From positions 40,114,001 through 40,178,000 of the forward strand of contig CM060731.1 of NCBI GenBank assembly GCA_030704615.1: a stretch of 64,000 nt of DNA, given 5' to 3'. Positions 12,682-26,117 of this stretch are shown in pieces. A program made the position numbers and the translations under genes. Below the pieces are notes generated by a model. The model was given only the letters and a program-made list of their open reading frames with translations. It was not told where the DNA came from and did no database searches. The stretch comes from Takakia lepidozioides. Its lineage: Eukaryota > Plantae > Bryophyta. The number at the start of each line of letters is the position of its first letter. The stretch's first letter is position 1.

Positions 12682-15600
12682 ATGGCCAGATGCAGCAAAG
12701 ATCAGAGGCTTAGGAGCTCAGCAGACATATGGCAGTCTATGAAACACATCCGCGCCCCGAAGCTGGCTGGTGAGTCCGAGGACAAGCAGTGGGAGCAACT
12801 TTGTGCACATATGGGTACCTCTTTCTCCCTCCTGGCATTCCTCAAGCCACCTTCTTCATATATTCAAGTTAACAGGGTGCATGTATCGAGGGCTGCACAT
12901 CCATACACGATACTGGGTTCGTTTGGCAATGACTGACAATTCCTGTGAGACACATCACTATCAAGCCACTTGAGTTATGGTTTGAGCTCTGCTGGTAAGA
13001 TGATAGTGATGGAAGTTATGGCATCAATGGACTGCCAGTGGATGAAGTAAAAGAGAGACCACATCGTGCTTGAAATCTCCAAGGCATGTTGTCTGTGTCT
13101 GTGTGTGTGTCTCCTACTGTAACAGGTTTTTTATGTTCCTATTGTCTTAGTTTGAGGAGCGAAAGTACCTATCAGTATGTAAGGCTGCCATTCAGTTCTT
13201 GTGCAGCAGTACCGGAGAGAATAGGACAAATGAAGACTGTCTTAAAGACCAACCTACAAGCAGCGAGTATTCCCACAGCGGTCATTGACATCTCCGACAT
13301 TCATCAGCCCTGCACACCCCGCGCGTCAAGCTGGGCCAAGAAATCAACTAACCGCCTGCCTCCACGCCGTCACATTGCATCTGTTCACTTTAGTACACCT
13401 GTTAAAAGTACAGGACGAACATCGCCCATTGATTTCTCTGAGAATAGGGTCAGCAAGTCTGCAGAATTCCAAGACAACCTAACAGTACGTGATATTCCCA
13501 TCTTTCCAGAACTGCCACATGCGGAGGAGGCTTCCTCTTGCAGTGCTGTGCACCCTATTATTGACAGGCATGCAGCCTTCGAAGATTTCACCACCTTAAC
13601 AGTTCATCCTAGGCAGGTCTGTCCAAACCGATGTACCACTTCCCTTCCCTGCTAACTCCTAGCCAGTCTGGTTGTTACTGTTCACTTGACCCAGTAGTTG
13701 TGGTGGCCTGGGTGTTCTGTAGTAATCCCATAAGTTTTCCAAGCTTCTGGTGGACATCACAAAGTTTTCACTATGCTTAAATCTTCCACATCACCTTTGG
13801 TTCCTGATATTCTTGACTTAATCTGCTAAACCAAGCATATTTCTCACTCATTGTCATCTCTATCATATATGCATATGCACATCCGGATGGACCCTTCGTC
13901 ACATACATGTGGAATTGTTTTCTTGCAGGCACCTCAGCAAAGTATGCTAGCAGTACCTGAACATCAAGGAGAGAGCGGGGCAGTGGGCCTTGCAGGGGCT
14001 GGTTGTCATAAGCACAATAATGTGCAAGAGAGTTCCACCATGGGTGCAGACGAGGGACAAGATGAGCACATGGAAAGGCAGAGTCCAGACCAGAATTGTG
14101 AAAATGCTGTTGAGGAGGTCCAGTTTAGCTTGCCCTCTTTACTTACATTCACTGAGAAAGACCTGAACAGGCAATGCCAGGACAGCCCTGGGCTGAAAGA
14201 GCCTCTGGAGGGCATGAACTTACAAGGCCATCAAGCTTTGCCCCTTGCACTTCCCCTGTCACAACCGTCATCCTCACAGTACCTGCCCCACAAAGCTCCC
14301 TATGACAGAGATAGTGGAACAACAGTCAAGGATCATGAATCCATCAGCAAGGTCGAAGAGCTTACTGTGTGTCCTTTGAAAGGAGAGCGGGTCATAATGC
14401 GCGCCAATATGGCATTTGAAGCCTGCCCTACTGCTGACAACTTCACAGGGCCGGTCTCTAATACGCTTGGTGACCATGGGGAGAGAGCCTCTGGCACTGT
14501 GTATATACCCCAACTTTCAAAATCTGGGGGCTTGCGAAACAAATTATTGCATGCAAATAGGCGCAGTGTAGGCAGCTTGCTTGATGATTCTCATGTAAAC
14601 AAATCAGACGTAGGTTGGAAACGGCAGTCTAAGATCAGATCTCCAAGTTCTATCAAGGGAAGGAGAAGGAAAGAGCGACCCAGACTTGGGAAAACCCAGG
14701 AGTCTGGCAAAGGAACCTTTGAGGAGCACAACATGTGGCCAGACACATGCTCAAGTGCCGAGCTGTCAAGCAGCTCTCTACCATTGTATGCAGACGAGTA
14801 TGAGAGTCTGGCATCAACAGAGGCTGAGGAGGTCCCCATCAGAAGACGGTGGCCTAAGATTCCCCAATACTTTACAAGCTCCAAAGTGAGAGCCGAAATG
14901 GAAAAGTCTGTGCTCATCTCTGAGCCAGTGCAGGAAACTGATAGCAGTAGTACAAATGTAGACACAGAACATGTTGTAGAAGGTGTTTTGGAGGGTGGAT
15001 CAACCTCAGAACAGCTTCTCTCAAGTACTGCTGGCTTAAGGAGGCACTTGGGAAAGGTGTATGCTGTGAAAGAGCGTGAAACAGTGGGAAGGAGTTCGCC
15101 AGGTCGTCCAAAGAGCAGAGCTGGAAAAATGAGGAAGGGAAAATTTGAAGATGTTTCTCAGGAAGAAGAGTCGATTGAAGGATGGGGACCAGTGGGGCAT
15201 ACTGAATCAGTAGCACCTTTAGAAATAGATGGGAGGAGGGCGGTGAAATCCTTACAAAGGACTGGAAATCGAGAAGGACCTGCAAGGATGGAGCATGAAT
15301 CATCTGCCATGCGACAAAAAAAGAGATGGACAGCATTGATTCGGAATCTAACACAGGATACTACAGTCATCATCCTTCCAACTTCTTCACATCATGGACA
15401 GGATGCAAATCAGCACCCACATCAGGTGCCTGCGACCACACCCCCAGATGTGGACCCTCATTTACCCTGTGTTCTTGAACTGGACTTAAAAGAAGCCCAA
15501 GATCCACAAGATCGACAAACCCCCAGAAGCAATATTACTGACAAAGAGAAACAGGGCCTTCCAGCACCCGAGATAAGCTTGATGTGCACTAAAACACCCC

Positions 15601-18600
15601 CTGCACTCAGCACCACACATATACACTGCCTAAAAGCCGAAGGATCATTGCTGCCAAATATGCCAATTGATCGAGAGGATTCCAGTTCTTCAGAAAGTAT
15701 AGATGAAAAGCATGTAGACAAAAATAGCATGCAGGCATTCCAGCAAGCACCCCAGGCCAATGTGCGAGATTTATTTGTTGTCGACTGTGATAGCCCAGGA
15801 ACCATGAACCAAATGTATATTGAGGAAGAGAGACGGTATGCTCAAAGGAATGTCAGGAGTGACGAGGACTCGGACGTTGCAAATAAGGCATCCTCCTCTG
15901 CTCATCAGGGGACTGCAGACGAAGCTTATGTGCATCGTGCATCACTCTCTACTGAGAAGCTTTGTAGCATTCTTTCATATCTGGGGCAAGTTGAGGAGTC
16001 CAACCTGCACGAGAACTGCAGCCTCGTTCATAAGGTTGGTGCATCAACGGGCATATGCTACAGCCCCACTGACAATTTCTCGCCACGCACAGTGCTGGAA
16101 CCTGAGGACACCATCTCTCTCACAGGTTCCACTCAGACAGTTATTTCCACAGCCCTCTCAGCAGAGGGGGATCCCAAGGTTTTCGATCAAAGTCCCGCAC
16201 TTGCCGCTTCTGTGTTTGATGATGTCAGAAAAAAGGTGAAGGAGTTGAAGAGTCGAATATCCAACCACCAGAGTCGCATTGTTGACTTGGAGTTAGAAAA
16301 GGAGAAGCTGATCGGTGAACGGGAGAAAGACCTCTCTATGTGAGTATCCATGAGTATCTCATCTGTTCCCCTTGCGTGATACAACAAAATAGACGTGTTC
16401 CTGTCATTTGTGCTCTCACAAGAACAGCTTTCCAACTTGGGCTTTCTCAGGTCTGCAGAAAAGGCTTACATAAAGTGATACTGCATGCTTCCATTAATGA
16501 ACACAGGATTCTAGGCAATCATGTGCTTGAAATTTCTGAAGAATCGAGGAGCTGGTTCTCTCCCAGAGTTGTCCAACAATAAACCTTTAAGCCTTGGAGG
16601 TAAGTGCATGATTGTCTTGCAGAGAACGACAGAAGTATGGTCAAGAGCTAGAAATTCAGGCAGCAAAGTACAAAGATGCCATCCAGCACCACCTGTCTCT
16701 CAATGAGAAAATGCTTAAAGACAAGGAAGTCCTATCAGAGAAGTGTTGCAACCTTGCTGGTATTCTGAGTGTGGCAGAGTCAAAGGTACTCAGATATGAT
16801 TCTTTGCACTCACTTGCATCATGATGAAAACTTATGTACAATTGGTATTGATGAGAGCATGAAGTTTATAGGTCAAAAGTGGGGGACAAACTTGTGTGCG
16901 GTGTTAGTGAATGAGATAAAACAGATGACATGGAAAAAGAGGGAAGAGAGAAGGGAAGGGAGGAGGCCTGTTCTCTAAGTCAAAACACTACTATTTTGCA
17001 GTTTGATGACAAGGTGAAATCAATGAGTGAGCAGTGGTCGGGGGAGATGAAAAAGGTACAAGCCAAATCCTTGCTTCTAATTAAATTTCAAATTTGCTCG
17101 GCAATTCATACCATGGGCCACATTCTCACATGACGATGATGACATACAGTTATCAAGAAGAATTTTGTCAAGCTAGTACAGCTTTGGAATGATAAGTTCA
17201 CAGCAGGGAGCCTTATTCCAGCAAGTCTATCCAGATTTGTCATGATTGCAGTCATACATAGTCACTTGCCCTTGCCAACACACTCTCATATGGGCATGCA
17301 GGCAAGAGAGATGTGGAATGCAGGAGACAAATCGAGACAAAAAGCTTGGATGGACAAAAAAACCAAGGAAATCAAGGAGATAACAATCAAGGGCCTCGAA
17401 CCCCATATCGACGAAATTGTGCAGGTGATTCTGACATATACTTAGCATATTGCAACATACATCATGCTCAACTCTGAGAGGAGTCTTGTGGTGGGGCTGC
17501 TAGCTGCATGCCCATAAGGGTAAGTACATAAACAGAAGAGGAACCATGTATAGCTGGCCGTCCCATATACGACCGAGTATAGAACTGAAGGCACAGACCG
17601 AACTGCAGCTTCACATGTGCTGGCCTCCTCACCTGCAACAAGCATTGGCTAGCAGAGTGAATAGAAGCCAATTGACCATACCGTCCACAGAGGACAGAAC
17701 AATGTGCACTGTATGGTTCATGGCAGGTGACACATGCATGTAAACACCACTGCATCATGCTGTTTAGGCTGGGCAGCTAGAAGTCCAAAGGCACCTGTCA
17801 TGCCCTTCGGCTGACTGGCTTTTGTTCCCACCGACTGACAAGAAGAAAGGAAGACTTCAGAATGCCAAAGACCAAATAGAGAAGACAGCGACGAGAAAAC
17901 AGTGAGAGCCAGAGAGAAAGAGACATTTAGAGGCATGGAGTTTGATGCAAGTTTTGGTTGTGCCAAGCAGAAGCATAAGCTAGAGGTGCAAAAGCTGGGG
18001 GCAAGGCATGCTGAGGAGTTGCAAAAGCAGCTGGAGGCCCAGGGTCTTGAGCACCGCCGCAGCCTGTGTGACCTCCGTGACCGCCTTCAAAAGGTAGCCT
18101 GTCAGTCATGGCTATAGCGAGGTATAGAGTGCATACATCTTCGTTTTCAAAAAAAATCTTGGATTACTTGAAACTCACAGCCTGGCATTTGAAGCAGGAG
18201 CGAGATGAAATGCTAGACCGAGAGCGCCTTGCTGCCAATGCTCGGATGAATGAGGTGGCTGAGAGGTAACCCTCTACTGTCCATGAATGCGTTAAACAGT
18301 GGGGAGAGCCCTGAATCAACTTGTGGATGCCCTTGTTAAGTCATGGCAAATTCAGGTTCATCCTAGATGAAAGGAACAAATTTGTCATTTGACCTCTCTT
18401 TGCAGGATCCCACTAGACAATCAAGATATTAATAATCCATACTTCTCGTTTTCCTTGGGTCTCGTTGTTTGGGGCAGGCACTATTACAGGGGACCAAGTA
18501 GGCAAATAACCGGGAAATGAAATGTTGACTCTTAGCCACCTGGAACAGTTAATGCTGTGGTGGTGTGCAATAAATCTTCTTTCCAGTTCTCAACATGTGC

Positions 18601-21016
18601 GAGGGCACGATGGTCGAGTGGTAAGAGAAAAATGGTATGGGCAGGTATGAGCAGCAGGCAATCCAACAGCGGATGCGTATTGCGAGTGACCTGGCGGCCC
18701 AGCTAGAGCGCTCTGAGGCAGGCCGTCGTGATGACAAGCAATATGCTCAGGAGTTTCTTGCACGTCTCCAAAAAGAGGCTGCTGAAAGGTCTCAATCTTT
18801 CTTTCTCTCTTGAGTTTCTGCGGATGCTGTAAGTACCATTTTATTTCTCGCTCCCTCTAGGAAACCCTGGACGTACAAATTTCTTCTCCTTGTCTCATGT
18901 CTTCAGAGGAAAGGGCAAAATCCTGGATTCAGCTTATCAGAAAATCCTTTCATGTGCTACCTTAGTAAGGCTGATAAAGCCTTACAGAATTTGTCAGAAA
19001 TCAAGAACCCCAAGCTTTCAGAAGCAACTTGAAGCCAAGCCACCAGTACCAAGGTGCCACATCCAGGGTAAGCACCAAAAAGGCACCAAGGTCACAAAAG
19101 ACGCTAGATGTCCTTCGAAAGCCCAACACACTTCTGGATTTCGAGAAGCCCAAGCTTCCAGGACTAACTTGAAACAAAAGCCACCTCCACCAGCCCGTCA
19201 ACGCACTGGGAGGCAGCCCAAGTTTCAACATCAAACTTGAGTAACACCAAGCCAAGTCACCAAGTCAAATGCTCAACACAAATAATAAATGTGGTTGGGG
19301 TCTAATTGCTGGGTGCTCACACACAGCAAGTTGGGTGCTTGTGTGAAGGGCTTTCTAGAGGGTATTTGGACAACCCGAACTAATTGTCATTATCAAGGTA
19401 AGTCACACTACCCAAGTGAGCCCCTCACAAAGGTACTGACTGTTCCCTATTGTTCCACCCAAACTGGGACGGGGTCTATGGCCACAAGGCCACAGCTGGG
19501 CCTCTTCTGGACAAAATAAGTTCCTCCTTCTAGTTCTCCTTCTTGCTTTGTGAGCATAATAATTTTCTTCTCCTCTTTCAAACCTCAGCTTCTCAGACAG
19601 TCTTTACCTTGGAGGTATGGGATCAAGGTAGCAATGTAGGCTCAGGACAGAGTACTAATAGAGATGCATGACACAGGGAGGAAGCACTGAGAAAGCAGTT
19701 AGAGAAGGTACTGGAGGAAGCAATGGCAAAGAAAGAGCAACAGATTGAAACGCTCAAGGCTCAGATGGCTGCCAATGCTCGTGAGTGGCAGCAACAATTT
19801 GATGACCGCCTTGCTCAAAAATTGCAGCAAAAACAACTAGAGCTTCATGCAACGTATGTCACTGCTAGACATGGATTTCAGCTCCTTAATTCAGCTGTTA
19901 TATCCTTATCTAAACAAAGGGTGCAGGCGACAGAGAGAGAAATGAAATGATATTTTACAATGCCCGCGGGAAGCTCAAAGGGCTTGTGGGACAATAGAAA
20001 GCATGAAACAAGAAATAGAGAGGGACCTCTCCACAAGCAGCCCAAAAAACCCAAAAATGGAAGGAAAAAAAAACCCACACGAGAAAGAAAGAAGAACCTT
20101 TACAACGCACAGAGGGTCACGATGGCCCATGAGACAAGGCAGAACAAACCAAGAACTAAAAAGGGACAAATATCATGATGATTATCTGCTGGCTAAATAT
20201 TTCACAATGGCTAAATATCTACTGCAATATGTGTATAGTTATGTCTGTGGATCTCATGGATGCTCATCATTCACATCAGGAAAGACAAATAATTGAGGAT
20301 TCATGCTGGCAGGTTCATAAAAGAACGAGATGAAGAGATTGAACTTGTGATTGAGAGGTTGGAGAATGAAAAAGATGAAGGGATTGCTCAAAATAAGAGG
20401 GAGGAAGCAATGAGGATAGAGGAGGTAATGAAGGAGAAGCTTGACCTTGACAAGAAACTGAAGGACTACGAGTCAAAATTTACTGCTCTCAACAGCACCG
20501 CCCTCCAGGTACAATCATTTCCTATATGCACTGTACTTGTGCGTGTGGATTTATCTCACCAGTCTTATTGTATTTATGCTCGAGTTTTGTTCTCTACAAG
20601 CAGGGGAAGGCAAGGGCAGAGAAGGAGCTTGAGGAGGCAGAGACAGAGATGGGATCAATGCGTAGGAAAATGGAGAATCAAACTCAACTGATTCAGAAGC
20701 TGCATGGCCAGGTATGCTACTATTCTTTTACCAAGCATTTCATAGTTGGCGCTGATCACACTCTTCAAATCTGATAATTTTAAATGAGAGTGAAACCAAG
20801 AGGTGTTTTGGGATACACATAAAGCTGGATAAATGGACATACCAGTGATCACTGACATGTGCGATTCAACAGGTTCTGCAACAGAATAACAACATGAAAT
20901 TGCAAGAAGAGAGTTTTCATGTCCTTCTGAAGTCAGAGCAGGACAAGTTACAACTCACATTGGGAGACCTGCACCAGTGCAACGCCAAAGCTCAGGAAGT
21001 GCGAAACCGCAAGGTC

Positions 21017-21052
<36 letters not shown>

Positions 21053-23233
21053 CATGTTTTCCTCCAATTGTAATTGGGATGCACATATCCGGAAAGTTGT
21101 TCAAACTGGCAAGGGCAAAGCTCTGGGGCTCACTAAATTTTTCCACTGCAGAGGGGTCAACTCTGAGGTTAAGAAAACCATGCTTTGTCGCGTTATTAGA
21201 CCTGCCTTGGAGTACGGATCTGCTACATGGGTTGATAACTCCAACCAGGCTAAGTCTCTAGAATCCATTCAAGTGGGGGTGCTTAAGGAGTGTATGTCAG
21301 CATGCTCCAAAACAGCCAATGTGGCTGTTCGGGGTGAGTATGGCATTCCGTCCTTAAGCTCCCGACGAGATGAATTCAAGGTCAGATGGTGGGGTCAGCT
21401 GCAACATATGCCCAACACCAGATATCCTAAGTTAATCGACTCTATATCTTGGAAACAGGACCGCCCTGTCAAACAGGCTAAGTCCTGGCAGAAGAGAGTA
21501 GAAGAGATTCTCAAGGACCTGGACCTGGATCCGCAAGTCTTGACCCTGCTGGATAAATCTGACTTAGAGGCTGTAGTGTCCTCAGCCATGTCTGTTGCCA
21601 TGAGATTGTCTGATGAAAATGAAGTTAGGCAGAAAACTTCCCTGAACTTGTTTCCAGTCAGTGACATGGGGGAGGACATCTTGGATGACCTCAAGGGTCT
21701 ACCCAGACTGAAATTTAAACTCAGGGCAGGAAGCCTACCTTTGAACAGCAAACAGAAGCAGAGAGGAAAGGGAGAGTGCAATTGCCCGCAGTGTGGGCAA
21801 TCTGAAGACAGTATTCACTTTCTGATACACTGTCCGGGGTTCTCTCACCAAAGAGACGCTCTCTTCAATTCTATCAAGGGAATTGTGCCTGTACCCCTGT
21901 TTAACAACTTTGAAAGTCTCGAGGCTGAGCCAAAAGCCCAGGCCCTCCTGAGGCCTAGTTTTTGGGCAAATCACACACCGCAGATTGATGCTTGTGTGAA
22001 GGGATTTCTAGAGGATATCTGGAAAACCCGGATTAATTCTATATATGATGGTAAGTCACACTACCAACGTCAGCCCCTGACAGAGGTAGGTTCTGTCCCT
22101 TTTGTTCCCGCTCAAACTGGGCGCGGGGTCAATGGCCACAAGGCTACGGCAAACAACGTCTTATGAGTACAATCTCTTTCTGCATCTCTGATTCATTGTC
22201 CTGGGTGAGTCAGAGAGCCGCCCTCTTCAAATCCATCAAGAAATTTGTTCCTGTACCTCTGTTTACCAACTTTGAAAATCTTGAGGCTGAGCCAAAAGCC
22301 CAGGCCCTTTTGGGGCCTAGTTATTGGGCAAATCACACACAGTAAAGGGATTTCTAGAGGTTATCTGGATAAATCTGATCAATTGTCTGTTCCAAGGTAA
22401 GTCATACTACCGACATCTGCCCCTGGCAAAGGTAGTTTCTGTCCCTTTGTGTTCCACTCAAACTCGGTGGGGTCATTGGCCACAAGGCTACGGCAAACAA
22501 GGTCTTATGAGTACATTCTCTCTTTCTGTATCAACTTTATCTACAAAGGTAGGCTCCACTATTGCTACAAGCCCTCAAAATGGTCATGGGCCCTATTCTG
22601 CTTCATCTCTGTCCAATAGGGAGTGCAGGGTCTATGATCACAAATACACTACAGCAAGGACACTCTGAGGTGTACACCTCTCTCATCTGTATGTGGGCAG
22701 TTTGCCCTTCCGAAATGTTGCTTTGTAAAAGTACACCTACTCCCACTAAAACTACTATGCTCTCTAGCAAGAGAAAGTTCAGAGCAAGATTAGCCCAGGT
22801 TGTAAACCCCTGCAGGGAACTGGTTGAATTTGGATTGTCTCTGGAAATGGGAGGCTGGTGTCACCTCAGAGCTGCTCTACGACAATACTAACCCCCTGAA
22901 TTTCTATCATGTTTCTGGTCAGATGGAAGGAAAAAGGCATTTATAAGATCCTTGGTATCCCTCTTGCTGTCCTGCCTCATCTCCCCCTTACCCCCCCCCC
23001 CACCAACCCTTCAAAAAAGCACCTTCCCCTCACTTCCTGTTTAATGAGCAAGCAGCCTGATGATGCAGGTTGAAGAGTTAGCAGAGGTGGAAGCACGGGT
23101 GAGGCAAGCAATTATGAAAAAAGATACTGTAATTGCTGGGCTGCGAGAACAGCTCTTGACAGCCCAGAAGCAGATTGAGCACACCGAAATCCTACTTCAG
23201 CAAGAGCATAATGCCATCATATCTGAGTCTTAG
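12682..23233 (+). CDS. CEP131: Centrosomal protein CEP131/AZI1 homologue, multi-exon (start approximate)
   Basis: Exons encode YKDAIQHHLSLNEKMLKDKEVLSEKC, AWMDKKTKEIKEITIKGLEPHIDEIVQ/KHKLEVQKL, KERDEEIELVIERLE and a terminal EVEARVRQAIMKKDTVIAGLREQ; stop TAG at 23231-23233. A long low-complexity exon spans ~13930-16339. Confidence 0.85.
19320..19500 (+). mobile_element. Diverged LINE 3' fragment in a CEP131 intron
   Basis: GCTTGTGTGAAGGGCTTTCTAGAGG...ATGGCCACAAGGC matches the 21054-22175 LINE tail. Confidence 0.7.
21048..22175 (+). mobile_element. 5'-truncated non-LTR retrotransposon (RT thumb + C-terminal CCHC zinc finger) in a CEP131 intron
   Basis: 370-aa ORF with VIRPALEYGSATW, NVAVRGEYGIPSLSSRRD and CPQCGQSEDSIHFLIHC. 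Preceded by (TC)n at 21020-21047. Confidence 0.9.
22188..22525 (+). mobile_element. Second, tandem diverged copy of the same LINE 3' end
   Basis: Repeats 21820-22175 (GAGGCTGAGCCAAAAGCCCAGGCCC...TTATGAGTACATTCTCTCT). Confidence 0.85.
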
Positions 23234-24707
23234 CACCACCCTGTGTGTGGATTTTGATAAGAAAATCATCAATATCTTATCAAGGCAATGACTAGGTAGA
23301 AGGCACACACCTTGCATGCCATATCCAGACTGAAACTGCACTAGTCCACAGCCATTGCGCACTTTCCGGCTTCACAAATTTGAGTTGAAATAAGAGCCCT
23401 CAAGTTGATAGCTTCTGCAGTTCTCACAGCTGAAACCTTTCTTCTGTGATGAACTGCTCGCACAGTCCTAGATTTTCTTCTCCTTCTGTTTCCCATGTAA
23501 AAGGGGTTGTCAACTAACGCACTGCCCTGCTAGCAGTTTGTTGTCAAAGGTCCCAACTTTCACAGCAAAATAAATTTGTCAGCTAGAACTAGACTGCTGA
23601 GAGGTGTGGGATACAAGAGGTGGGACAAGCTTGAAGTCATCTTGAAGGGTAAAACCCTGACGGAAAGAATGGTCCTCATGGATACTGGCCCAATGTGGTG
23701 ACAACTACAAGTCACCTCAACAAATGTTAACTGTTATGAAAGAAGCAGACAGGCAAAGTGAGGTGTCAGTAATGTTCATGAAGCACTAGGGCAGCCTGTG
23801 CTGTTGGCCCAAGTGTCCAGTGTCATCTAAGTCCAAGTGCAATCCCCTATGTATCCAGAGACCCTGCAGTTTGGGAGATCTCCATGTCATTGTTCCACGA
23901 AAGCCCACTTTGCTATTTTTCACGAATTTCCAGCGACCAAAAGTACTCGAAATTCCATATCTCCCACACTGCAGGTCCAAAAATCATGAGACCAAGTCAG
24001 TGCACCCCTCCTCATCGAGGACTTTCCAACAGTACCAAGCACCAGGGCTGGGGCCTCGCGGCCCTTACTAGCAAAGAATACTTCACATGGTGATTCTTCT
24101 TACCGTGCTCGTTGTAATTTACAGAGTCAATGGGACATTGCGGTTCACCACAACCCCGTCAAAATAGTTTGCATTCTGCATCTACAAATACTATCCCTTC
24201 AGGATGGGGTTAAGGAGACAGACATAGATGGATGTACTCATGAGTTGTCACACTTTGCCATCAAAGCAGATATTTGAGCCTCACAGGGATGTTCTCTGCA
24301 GGTTACTAACCACCTGGTGGAGAGACTCAAAATTCGTGTGTATCAGATACCAAGCCCATGCAATTGAAGACTGGTATGCTGATTGGATCTGTCTTAAGTT
24401 GAACCACTGACCATTATTCCCTACCCACTGGCTGCAACATATCCCTAAGATGTGCAGGTCTCTAACATCTGATGCATTCAAGGCTAGGACCATCCTGTTA
24501 CATTTTACTCGAAGGAGGCAGACTTCATAACAGATGGAAGTTGCTCTGATGGCTCTTTTAAGAATGAAGGCTTGAGACCCTTAATGCTTCCAATGCAGGA
24601 ATCTTCTGAAAGTGGGCTTAAACCGATTAGAGGCTTATGTGCTGTCTCTCCAAAACCCACAGTTGGACATCCAATTTTTCCAGCTGCAAACTGCACAGCT
24701 GACAGAA

Positions 24708-25905
24708 TTAGGCTCTCCTTTCCAGAAAAGAAATGGAACCCTGTGAAAGGGTGAGGGTTCCAGTACTAGGGATGTGCTCCGACGTGGAAGAGGTCAATTC
24801 CTTAAGAGTTGCCCAGCCTTTGCGCTTCCTCCTTTTGCTGCCACTGCCTGATATGCTACCTGGTGTGTCAACAGCCAAGGAAGACTGGCCTTGGGGGATA
24901 TTTCCTTGTGAGGAGACCAGCCTTGGAGGCCTCTCTGCACTTCCTGGTACCAACTTGTCACTAACAGCACTGAGATCAAATGATAGAGAATTTCCCAATG
25001 TATTGAGGTGTGTGCGGGCCGCTGCCTGCACCATCTTGGTCTTCACATACTCTTTTGAGGTTCCTGGGACTGCATTTCCATGCTTACAAAAATGGCAGTG
25101 GTACATGATGTTGTTCTGAAACGCCCCTGCTTCCACACCTTTTAATTTGCCCTTTTTCCTGGGTTTACCTATGCGTACTGAGCAATTGATGCCTGGTTGA
25201 AGAATGGACTCACACCTATTGCACATGAGCGAAATACATGTATAAGTGAATTGATAAGTGCCACACAAAGTATAGAAATTCGACAGAGTTAGGAGCAGAA
25301 AAATTCAAATTCAATCATAATTTAGGGTCATGTAGATGGAGGGACTGGAGTGAGGAACGGAATTGAGTAGGAATGGAAAGAGATAGACCAAGGTATTAAC
25401 TCGTGTAATTCCAAACGATGATACACATCTCCAGTATCAGTTGTCTTCCAGGAAATGGTGCCTTAAGAGGATACAACTGTCGAGAAAATCATGTGTCCGC
25501 ATGAAGAGGAAAGACCAAATGAAGAGAAAAGACCAAGGAGGTATTCGTTCTGTGAAGAGAAAAGACCAAAAACGAATTACTCCTATGAAGGAAAGGAACA
25601 GCAACATACAATTGGCATGTCGAATAAATCAAGGATGCCGGTGACGGGATGGCTGCCAACTGACAGGAGATTTCCAGACGACATCCCAGCAGAGCTCCAA
25701 GGGGGGGTACTGCGCTGCTGGCCCAGCGAGCCAACCTCAAAAGATGATCTGCTCGTAGCGACGCCGCCTGATGGCTGCTGCTCGGTTGCTGCCCACCCCT
25801 TCCCACCTGCTGTCTGAGTGTCTGAGAAGTGCGGCCCGACCCTTGTGGATTGCTCGTGGGCACGGTGGTCGTCAGCTTGGTCTTCTTGCGAGGCTTTCTC
25901 GCCAT
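24708..25905 (-). CDS. RPP21: RNase P/MRP Rpr2/Rpp21/Snm1-family subunit (2 exons: 25905-25610, 25215-24708)
   Basis: Spliced sequence reads STCQLCESILQPGINCSVRI...IMYHCHFCKH (two CxxC pairs), with N-terminal RADHLLRLA. GT-AG intron at 25609-25216. Confidence 0.8.
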
Positions 25906-26117
25906 CGCTCTTAGAGCTTCCTCAGTGTAAACTCGCAAACCCGTACCCTAAGAAGTTGATGAGTTATATATGTATATATATATATATCTTACACATATTA
26001 TCCCCTCTGTAAAAAGGTTAGGCTTGTAGGGGTAATAAGTAATAAGTAATAAGAGATGGGAGGGAAGAAGGACCAAAGACAACATGCTGGAAGTGTGGTG
26101 CTTGGCTTTGGATACTA

